Assembly: GCA_944349905.1 (NCBI GenBank)
Contig: CALVNR010000008.1
Span: 2,424-66,423, forward strand
DNA: 64,000 bases
Direction: 5' to 3'
Origin: an uncultured Clostridia bacterium
GTDB taxonomy: Bacteria > Bacillota > Clostridia > Christensenellales > UBA1242
A program made the translations under genes and the position numbers. Each line of letters opens with the position of its first letter. Position 1 is the stretch's first letter. The notes beneath the pieces are model-generated. The model was not told where the DNA came from, made no database searches, and saw nothing but the letters and a program-made list of their open reading frames with translations. Below, in pieces: positions 37,074 to 43,798 of the stretch.

Positions 37074-37511
37074 CTATTCCAGAATTACTCTCAACATTTC
37101 TTCAAGTATTTCACTTAATCGTTCTGGCAATTTGTCATACATTCCAGCTTCTACATATTTCTCTTGTTTTGGTGTTTCAGACGAAATTCCTAAAAGCATA
37201 TTGTAATTTGCAGATAACAATTTTTGTATGATTAGCAAATTAGCATAGTTTTCTTTTGCATTTTTTTCTGACAATTTTACAAGTTCATCAAGTCTTTTAA
37301 CTGTTTTTTCAATTTCGTCATAAATTTCAGTAAGTGTTTCTACTTTCTTTTCGCCAAAATATTCTTTTTCAATATCTTCCATTCCTCGTTTGATACAGTC
37401 AACAAAAAATGGATTTTTGGTATTATAAATATCTCGACACCTTTTATAAACTCTTTCTATTTTCTCGACATCTTTTGAATTGTAAACTCTAACAGTGTAT
37501 TGTTCGTTCAC
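37074..37511 (-). CDS. hypothetical protein (possible relaxosome accessory factor)
   Basis: 145 aa, helical, immediately upstream of the relaxase gene. Confidence 0.4.
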   Translation of the reverse strand: MNEQYTVRVYNSKDVEKIERVYKRCRDIYNTKNPFFVDCIKRGMEDIEKEYFGEKKVETLTEIYDEIEKTVKRLDELVKLSEKNAKENYANLLIIQKLLSANYNMLLGISSETPKQEKYVEAGMYDKLPERLSEILEEMLRVILE

Positions 37512-37651
37512 TCTTTTCCCTCCTATTTTTACAATTTGAATTTTTTATAAAATCCATAAAACTTCATACCCCCTTCACTTTATTAAGGACATGTTTTTTC
37601 TATTTGTCAGGTATAAATTGGCAATTTTTTGAAAAAAAGTTTGAAAATTTT

Positions 37652-38164
37652 TTAATTTTGTGTATTTTTTATATGATTTTTTATATTCTTCTTTGCACTA
37701 CTTAATCTTTCTCCCACAGATTGTCTGCTAATATTTAATTCATCTGCAATCTTGCTATTAGTTTTATTTTCGTAAAGAATTTTTTCTACAACTTCTCTTT
37801 GTTTTTCGGTTAATTCATATAAAGAATTCTCTATCAATGTCCTTTTATGATTTTCTTCTGCCTTTTTGATTGCTTCTAATTCTTTTAATTCCATATTTTT
37901 TTCAATATCTTGATTTTCATCTATCAAAAAATGTTCATTTTCTGGTTTACTTTCATTAAAAATAGCGTCAATTGGTTTATTGAAATAGTTATATTGATTT
38001 TGTTTTCTTCTTAATTTTTTCTTATTTGATTCTAAAAATTTAGCAACTTCTTTTGTAACATCTAATTTAATCCACTTTTTGTTAATTCTATCGAAATAGT
38101 CTATTGTTACAATTTCTTTACTGTCATCTATTTTGTTTCCATTGTTTATATTTTTATTGTTCAT
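37652..38164 (-). CDS. sigma-70 region-4-like HTH protein (ICE regulator)
   Basis: 170 aa. LTEKQREVVEKILYENKTNSKIADELNISRQSVGERLSSAKKNIK fits the sigma region 4 / LuxR-type HTH pattern. Confidence 0.65.
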   Translation of the reverse strand: MNNKNINNGNKIDDSKEIVTIDYFDRINKKWIKLDVTKEVAKFLESNKKKLRRKQNQYNYFNKPIDAIFNESKPENEHFLIDENQDIEKNMELKELEAIKKAEENHKRTLIENSLYELTEKQREVVEKILYENKTNSKIADELNISRQSVGERLSSAKKNIKNHIKNTQN

Positions 38165-38522
38165 AAAAACTCTCCTTATTGCTTGGTAGAGAGAATTTAT
38201 TTAAAAGACTATGTAATAACTTTTGGTCAACATTTGCATTTTGCTTCTGCAAAAGCGAAAGTGCATTATTGATGATTTGCAGCTCGTCAATTGATAATGT
38301 TTTACCTTGATATATATAGTCTTTATCCAAATAAACTCCACCTCGATTTATGCCTCCACAAAAAGTTTGGATTGGATAGCGATAAGAAAGTGATTGAATG
38401 TGCCTAACAACAGTAATTCTTGAAATTTCAAGTTTTTCTGCAATTTCATTCATAGTGTGAATTTTATTATCAGACAAAATATTAAGTATATCTGCTGTTA
38501 TACTTGACTTCTTCAAGTCCAC
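38154..38522 (-). CDS. winged-helix/HTH transcriptional regulator (GTG start)
   Basis: 122 aa with MNEIAEKLEISRITVVRHIQSL. AAGGAGGTGA lies 6 nt upstream of the GTG. It is the first gene of the long ICE operon. Confidence 0.6.
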   Translation of the reverse strand: MDLKKSSITADILNILSDNKIHTMNEIAEKLEISRITVVRHIQSLSYRYPIQTFCGGINRGGVYLDKDYIYQGKTLSIDELQIINNALSLLQKQNANVDQKLLHSLLNKFSLPSNKESFYEQ

Positions 38523-38578
38523 TTTCTATCACCTCCTTTTAATTTCTTTTTGTTTTGACACGCATATCTTAGCAATGT

Positions 38579-38603
38579 CGCTGTATCACCATTTGATACA
38601 GCG
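38579..38603. repeat. 9-bp perfect inverted repeat CGCTGTATC-N7-GATACAGCG
   Basis: Read directly from the sequence. It lies about 55 nt upstream of the first ICE regulator gene and has no adjacent T-run on the minus strand. Confidence 0.6.
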
Positions 38604-38636
38604 GGAAAAATTTTTTAATTTTTTTAAGATTTTTTT

Positions 38637-38692
38637 CAAAAAAAAGACCTTAATGCGTTTTCCGGGCAATTACCCATTGCATTAAGGTCTTT
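38637..38692 (-). terminator. long-stem rho-independent terminator after the lexA/zinc-ribbon unit
   Basis: 14-bp arms AAAGACCTTAATGC / GCATTAAGGTCTTT enclose a 22-nt loop that contains GGG-CAATTA-CCC. A T-run follows on the minus strand. Confidence 0.6.
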
Positions 38693-38942
38693 AAATATGT
38701 AGACAATAAAAGACAAAATTCAAAAAAGGTGGTCAAATTAAATATATTATATTTATATAAAAACCAATTTCTACTTTTTTCTATCATATTTTAATTTTAA
38801 AATATAAAAGTAAACAACTTATTATTTTAAAATTAAATAGATTGATATGTTTTGTCTTATTTTGTCGATTATTAAATGAAAAAACCCTAATGCGACAAAA
38901 TTGTTATTTTGAAGCACTAGGGCCTACTATGATTTTCTTTTG

Positions 38943-39134
38943 TTAATTTTTAAATCCAATTATTAAATAAACTTCATTTTTACAACGTGGACATGTGGTA
39001 TGAAATATATGTTCATTTTCTTCGATTTTAATTGGTATTTTAAGAACTACTTTTAAAATGCTATTAGGTTTATCAGTAGAATTTATAAAACCTATACACC
39101 TACCACAATCTGGACATTTAATTTTTATCTCCAT
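38943..39134 (-). CDS. small zinc-ribbon protein
   Basis: 63 aa with CPDCGRC...CPRCKN (two CxxC pairs). It lies 11 nt downstream of lexA and is probably co-transcribed with it. Confidence 0.5.
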   Translation of the reverse strand: MEIKIKCPDCGRCIGFINSTDKPNSILKVVLKIPIKIEENEHIFHTTCPRCKNEVYLIIGFKN

Positions 39135-39145
39135 ATCAAATCTCC

Positions 39146-39742
39146 TTATACATTGTGAATTGTTTGTGTGACTACTCCTTGAATTATTAATTCTTTAACT
39201 TTTATATCTTTATAGTTAGGATTTTCAGGGTGTAAAATATAATATCCATTTCTTTTGTATAACCTTTTAATTGTTGCACTATCATCTATAAGCGCTACAA
39301 CAATATCTCCATTTTTTGCACTATTGCATACATTTGCAACAACTAAATCACCATTAAAAATACCAGCATTTATCATGCTATCACCTTCTGCATGTAAAAG
39401 CATTTTTTTACCATTTCCAAACAAAGCTGTTGGCAATTGAAATGTTCCTTCGATATTTTCAATTGCTAGGATAGGATTTCCACAAGCACAAGAACCAACC
39501 AATGGGGCCAAAGTGGTTTGTCCTTTGCTTAAATTTTTTGGAACAGATATATTGCCTATATTAGTCATTTTGAGTTGTCCTCTACTCTCTAATATGTGAA
39601 CATATTTATGAGCTGTTTCTAAACTTGCTATACCAACTTTATGAGCAATTTGTCTATAAGATGGACTTCTTCCATTTTCCAATTGAAATACTTTAACATA
39701 GTCAAGTATATCTTGTAATAATTTTTCATTTATTACTTTCAT
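39146..39742 (-). CDS. lexA: LexA-type repressor (wHTH + S24 autopeptidase)
   Basis: 198 aa. The N-terminal wHTH is SPSYRQIAHKVGIASLETAHKYVHILESRGQL. The catalytic Ser motif is AEGDSMINAGIFNGDLVV and the Lys motif is ATIKRL. A Cheo-like box lies in its promoter. Confidence 0.85.
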   Translation of the reverse strand: MKVINEKLLQDILDYVKVFQLENGRSPSYRQIAHKVGIASLETAHKYVHILESRGQLKMTNIGNISVPKNLSKGQTTLAPLVGSCACGNPILAIENIEGTFQLPTALFGNGKKMLLHAEGDSMINAGIFNGDLVVANVCNSAKNGDIVVALIDDSATIKRLYKRNGYYILHPENPNYKDIKVKELIIQGVVTQTIHNV

Positions 39743-39759
39743 TTTATCTCCTACCTATA

Positions 39760-39784
39760 ATAAACAAACACTGCGTTTGTTTAT
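39760..39784. promoter_or_regulatory. 10-bp perfect inverted repeat ATAAACAAAC-N5-GTTTGTTTAT in the lexA 5' region
   Basis: Read directly from the sequence. It lies between the predicted -10 element and the SD of lexA. Confidence 0.45.
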
Positions 39785-39790
39785 AATTGA

Positions 39791-39819
39791 ATTATAAAAC
39801 ATTTGTTCGATAAAAGCAA
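39791..39819 (-). promoter_or_regulatory. lexA promoter with an embedded Cheo-type LexA box
   Basis: The minus strand reads TTGCTT (39819-39814), a 17-nt spacer containing CGAACAAATGTTTT, then TATAAT (39796-39791). The box matches 7 of the 8 core positions of GAAC-N4-GTTC. Confidence 0.55.
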
Positions 39820-39840
39820 GTAGTTTTTATAAAAAAAATA

Positions 39841-39861
39841 AAAAAAAAGGAATTTTATTCC
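39841..39861 (-). terminator. weak terminator ending the GHKL operon
   Basis: The minus strand reads GGAAT-AAA-ATTCC followed by T8, about 15 nt after the stop at 39875. Confidence 0.4.
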
Positions 39862-39874
39862 CTTTCTATATTTT

Positions 39875-40645
39875 TTAAAGTTTAAACGCTGTCTGCGTTG
39901 GTTCTTCTTCAATATATAATTGAATTAATTTATTATAAATTTTTTCTTGTAATTCTTTCTCTTCAAATGAATCCAAAATAAATGCACCACCTAAGAAAGA
40001 CATGTATTTCATAATATTATCATTCATTTTGTGTGTAAAATTACCACCGTCTTCAATAAATTTTTTTATTGCTGAAATAATAGATAACCTTACTAATGAT
40101 GAACAAGAATAATTTCTAAAAATCATTCTTTCTAATATTTCCGAATGTCGAAAACAAAATTCTGTTAATTCATAAGGATTTTCTAATTTTTCATTATATG
40201 AAAATTTGGCAAGCCAAAATAATCTTGCTAAGCCATGGAAAAAAAGTGCACGTCTATACTTAAATTTAAAAAACCAACGATATTCTAATTTTGTAAAACT
40301 TTTTTCATTTAATGGGTTCCATCTATACATTAAATAATTATAGAATTTATTAAAAGATAATCCAACCCAAAGTCTCTCATCGCATAATACACTATCAGGT
40401 AAATGCTTCAAATGTTCATGTATTAATTTTGCATTAATATAATCTGTATCAATAGGATTTTCACTAGACATATCTAATTCAAAATTATCCATTGTGTATT
40501 TTGTCTTTTTAAAAGGTTCCGTTTCTTTAAAAAAGTCATTAATCCAAGAATTATCATTTGTCTTTTTCATTAATTCTTGAACTGTATTGAGATTTGTTTT
40601 GAGAGAAATAATTTGGTCTTCAGATAATACTTTTATTACTTCCAT
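39875..40645 (-). CDS. hypothetical protein, fourth gene of the GHKL operon
   Basis: 256 aa, helical and rich in W/F/R (ERLWVGLSFNKFYNYLMYRW; RRALFFHGLARLFWLAKF). Its start overlaps the upstream stop (TAATG). Confidence 0.6.
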   Translation of the reverse strand: MEVIKVLSEDQIISLKTNLNTVQELMKKTNDNSWINDFFKETEPFKKTKYTMDNFELDMSSENPIDTDYINAKLIHEHLKHLPDSVLCDERLWVGLSFNKFYNYLMYRWNPLNEKSFTKLEYRWFFKFKYRRALFFHGLARLFWLAKFSYNEKLENPYELTEFCFRHSEILERMIFRNYSCSSLVRLSIISAIKKFIEDGGNFTHKMNDNIMKYMSFLGGAFILDSFEEKELQEKIYNKLIQLYIEEEPTQTAFKL

Positions 40646-41520
40646 TATTCATCATCTCCTTCTAATTTTGCAATATTTTGAATATCTATAATACCCCTAC
40701 AAATTGTGTTATCCATAATCTTTTGAGATATTTCAAATGAATTTAAAGATAAAATAGTTTCTCTATCAAATTCATATCCTAATTTTTTAACTGCTTTTTT
40801 AATTGCTCTTGCCCATCTTTTATCAATATGTTGTTGAAAAAGTTCAGGATTTTTTAAATCTTCAAAACACTTCATTAAAGCAGGAATTATTATCATAGAG
40901 TGTATAATTGACATCGTTGCTGGATTATTCATTGCTATTTTAAACTGTGTAAATTCTTTTTCTGGCAACTGAATATTTATTTTATTTCCAGTGTTATCTA
41001 TAACAATTCCTTTTCTTTCTGGATCTTTAACTTCCGTAACTGCAAAAATTGATGGAACATTAGATAAATCATCATTTTCTTTTTCTGCAAAGAAAGAAGC
41101 TTCTTGCCCTACTGCCAAAATATTTCCTTTTTCAATATCAAACGCTGTATTGCTATAATCTTCATTAAATTTTTCATTTACATATCCATTAATGTCTTGT
41201 GTAGCAATAATAAATGGACAAAGATAAACAACACCTTCAATTTTATCAGCAGGTATCTTATAAGTTAAGCCTTCTTCACTAATTTTTATGATTTCTCTAT
41301 AACTTGTTAAAGCACACTCAATATGAACGATAAAATTAGCTTTTCCTTCATTTATTAGTTTTTTTAGCCCTTTATTACTTAAAATAGGAACAAAATTAAG
41401 CACTACCTCGTTAGGTGTTAGTTGTGATATAATTTCTATATTAAAATCACTATCAACATAATCATTATTAAAAGTTGGTGCTAAAACCGGATATGGATAC
41501 AATTTAGCCTTTATACGCAT
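40645..41520 (-). CDS. hypothetical protein, third gene of the GHKL operon
   Basis: 291 aa, starting MRIKAKLYPYPVLAPTFNNDY. It overlaps the GHKL gene by 17 nt. No catalytic motif recognised. Confidence 0.6.
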   Translation of the reverse strand: MRIKAKLYPYPVLAPTFNNDYVDSDFNIEIISQLTPNEVVLNFVPILSNKGLKKLINEGKANFIVHIECALTSYREIIKISEEGLTYKIPADKIEGVVYLCPFIIATQDINGYVNEKFNEDYSNTAFDIEKGNILAVGQEASFFAEKENDDLSNVPSIFAVTEVKDPERKGIVIDNTGNKINIQLPEKEFTQFKIAMNNPATMSIIHSMIIIPALMKCFEDLKNPELFQQHIDKRWARAIKKAVKKLGYEFDRETILSLNSFEISQKIMDNTICRGIIDIQNIAKLEGDDE

Positions 41521-43423
41521 ATAACTTTACCCCCATTGTTGAATATTCATCTACGTCAAGCTTTAAATCAACTGAAATTGGTTTATCTTCTTCAAATTTA
41601 AAATAACCAACTCTATTACCAGAACACATCAAATCTAGATTGTTTTTAATTCCCAAAACTAAAATAGGTTCTTTTTCATTTTGTTCTGCAATTTTTTGAA
41701 TAGTAATATAACCCATCATGGTTGTTAGTGTAGGTGTAAAAATTAAACGATAAATTTTTTCTTTTTTATTAATACAAAATATTCTCATTTGCTTAGACTT
41801 AACATATATAGTTTTTTGACCATACATTTCATCACTTTCTTCTAATCCTATTCTTTCGGTATCCCTTTCGCCTTCTCCGGGTGTTTTTTTACCATCGTGC
41901 TCGAAACCTTCTCCATCATCTCCTTCAACAACAATGCCCTCATCTGTTTCATAACTTTCCAAATCTTCTCCAACTTCATTTGTTTCCAAATTTGCAACGG
42001 ATTCCACTTTTCTATGGATTTCGAAATCAATATCTATTAATTTGTTTAAAGTTTCTTTATTGTGTTCTTTCTGTTGCCCATTATCTGTATCAAATTCTTC
42101 ATCTGGAAGATATTCGCCTGCACCATCAATATCTATCTCACCATTAAAATTCTTTGCAGCTTCTTCTTTTAATTTATTAGTAATCAATTCAAATATACTG
42201 TTTACTAGATTTCTTGCCATTGATGGATTTTTAGTATATCTTTCAGGCAACCATCTTGTATGTGCAGGATTTTCAATGCCTCTTAAAAATGTATTTAGTT
42301 CATCACCTTCAATTATTCCGATTCCTGTAAAAGGTAAACTAGGACACAAATCTCCTTTATCCATAATTTTCATACCAGAACTTCTTATCATTGAAATTTT
42401 ATTTGACCCATCATATCTAATATCAAAAGCTAATTTTAAATTGCCCATTTTTATTCCTGCCGGAAATTCAAATGGTAAACTAATCCATTCTGTCAAATTA
42501 TTTGATAATAATTCATAACACTGCACTGTTGTTTTTGATAGTGATTTTTTATATGTCACTACAACATCTTCTAATGTAGATTTATTAACTCTATATGAAT
42601 TAACTCTTAATTCTAATTTATTATTCCAAATTGCCATTAAAAATCCATCAAGCACCTCAGCAATAATACTAGCTTTAAAATCAGAACCAGAACTTGTAAA
42701 CCCAGCCACATATATATCTGTGCCATATTCATTCCTTGTAAATGATTTATCTAAATTAAGAGTATCTTTAATATGTAAAATATTAAATCCATTATTTATA
42801 CCATAATATCCTGTTCCCTGAGACATATTATCACTACCATCAGGATTTACACCTAATTTAAAAGAAGTTAACTTACTAACCCCTTTATTGGCTTTTATGC
42901 CATCAATATCATAAGTGCTATAAAATACTGTTCTAAAATCAGAACAAGCGAATGGTGCGTTTTTCCCAATACCAAAAGAACCACCTTTTGACTCAGCTTT
43001 TTCAGAAGAACCAGATGAGTTAATTAGATTATCAAAATCACCACCATTTTTTAGATTTGAGCCCCTTAGTCCTGTTGTATTAAAATCACTTATTCTTAAA
43101 AAACTTATTTTACTCGAATTCAATTTTTCAATAGCATTATTAAAAAAATTTTTTGTTTTAGGATTATTTTGCCAATAATCTCTACAATTATTTAGTATTG
43201 CCGAAAATCCTTCTTTATCAGGAAATTCATTGCTATCTATAGAAAATGTATTAAATTCAACTATAACAGTTTTGTCATTATGTGCGGCATCTAATGAATT
43301 TTGACATATTTCTCTTGCTAGTGATTTAACAGGTGTGTCTTTAAAAGTTTCAATCCCCGAATTATTTAATCCTTGTTTTTCTCCACCATTGCTTGATGGA
43401 AAACACCATTTGATTTCATTCAT
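41504..43423 (-). CDS. GHKL (Bergerat-fold, MORC/Hsp90-like) ATPase with an acidic linker and a C-terminal beta-rich domain
   Basis: 639 aa with N-box LAREICQNSLDA, a G1-like ISDFNTTGL and G2 GGSFGIGKNAPFA. An acidic linker spans about aa 440-530 (DEEFDTDNG...EGDDGEGFEHDG...). The C-terminal domain is about 100 aa. Confidence 0.75.
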   Translation of the reverse strand: MNEIKWCFPSSNGGEKQGLNNSGIETFKDTPVKSLAREICQNSLDAAHNDKTVIVEFNTFSIDSNEFPDKEGFSAILNNCRDYWQNNPKTKNFFNNAIEKLNSSKISFLRISDFNTTGLRGSNLKNGGDFDNLINSSGSSEKAESKGGSFGIGKNAPFACSDFRTVFYSTYDIDGIKANKGVSKLTSFKLGVNPDGSDNMSQGTGYYGINNGFNILHIKDTLNLDKSFTRNEYGTDIYVAGFTSSGSDFKASIIAEVLDGFLMAIWNNKLELRVNSYRVNKSTLEDVVVTYKKSLSKTTVQCYELLSNNLTEWISLPFEFPAGIKMGNLKLAFDIRYDGSNKISMIRSSGMKIMDKGDLCPSLPFTGIGIIEGDELNTFLRGIENPAHTRWLPERYTKNPSMARNLVNSIFELITNKLKEEAAKNFNGEIDIDGAGEYLPDEEFDTDNGQQKEHNKETLNKLIDIDFEIHRKVESVANLETNEVGEDLESYETDEGIVVEGDDGEGFEHDGKKTPGEGERDTERIGLEESDEMYGQKTIYVKSKQMRIFCINKKEKIYRLIFTPTLTTMMGYITIQKIAEQNEKEPILVLGIKNNLDLMCSGNRVGYFKFEEDKPISVDLKLDVDEYSTMGVKLYAYKG

Positions 43424-43434
43424 TTTTCTTCTCC

Positions 43435-43656
43435 TTATAATAGTTTAAATTTGTCATTTCCACCAATAGTTTGAAATTGTTTTTTAGAATTAGCTATTTC
43501 GTTTTCAAGTGCGTTAAAAATTTTTTCAACATCTTGTTTTGAATATTCGTATGTTGATTTATTTGATAAGTTGCCCAATAATCTAATTTGCTCTAATGCT
43601 TTATTTGTTCTATTTTCGGCTAATCTAACAAATTTATCTCGTTTAGTTTCTGCCAT
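43435..43656 (-). CDS. small helical protein, first gene of the GHKL operon
   Basis: 73 aa (MAETKRDKFVRLAENRTNKALEQIRLLGNLSN...). AGGAGAA lies upstream, and the gene is 11 nt from the GHKL gene. Confidence 0.55.
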   Translation of the reverse strand: MAETKRDKFVRLAENRTNKALEQIRLLGNLSNKSTYEYSKQDVEKIFNALENEIANSKKQFQTIGGNDKFKLL

Positions 43657-43689
43657 TTTATTCTCCTAATTTCATTATTGATATATCAT

Positions 43690-43718
43690 ATATTACAATA
43701 AAAATTTTAATTTGTCAA
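43690..43718 (-). promoter_or_regulatory. sigma-A-type promoter of the GHKL operon
   Basis: The minus strand reads TTGACA (43718-43713), a 17-nt spacer, then TAATAT (43695-43690), about 35 nt upstream of the 73-aa ORF. Confidence 0.5.
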
Positions 43719-43798
43719 TATATTTTATAAATATTTCATACATATTTTCAAAATATTATGTATACATTTTAGAAATATTATAAAAAACTTGATAGAAA

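Larger units (their letters stand above)
14583..38942. mobile_element. integrative conjugative element (ICE) inserted next to tRNA-Thr; left end is firm, right end is provisional
   Basis: An uninterrupted minus-strand array carries integrase, Xis-like, m5C MTase, primase, ArdC-like, VirB4, VirB6-like, pilin-like, T4CP, relaxase and regulators. There are no capsid or terminase genes. No tRNA-derived direct repeat was found inside the window, so the right border (the 38.5-38.9 kb intergenic region, or beyond 64 kb) is uncertain. Confidence 0.7.

Noticed and set aside
38523-38942. A copy of the tRNA-Thr 3' end (attR core) in the proposed right border
   Set aside because: Only an 8-mer (AAAACCCT) is shared with the sequence next to the tRNA, which is too short to be evidence. 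The border is left unresolved.
38943-39134. Mu Com-like translational activator
   Set aside because: Only the size and the two CxxC pairs are shared, and there is no mom-like target gene. I call it a generic zinc-ribbon protein.
42042-42518. 158-aa plus-strand ORF, together with 41881..42147 (+) and 41848..42030 (-)
   Set aside because: They lie inside or antisense to the GHKL ATPase gene, which has clear motifs. Their composition (Ser/Phe/Leu/Ile-rich) is typical of antisense frames in AT-rich DNA.
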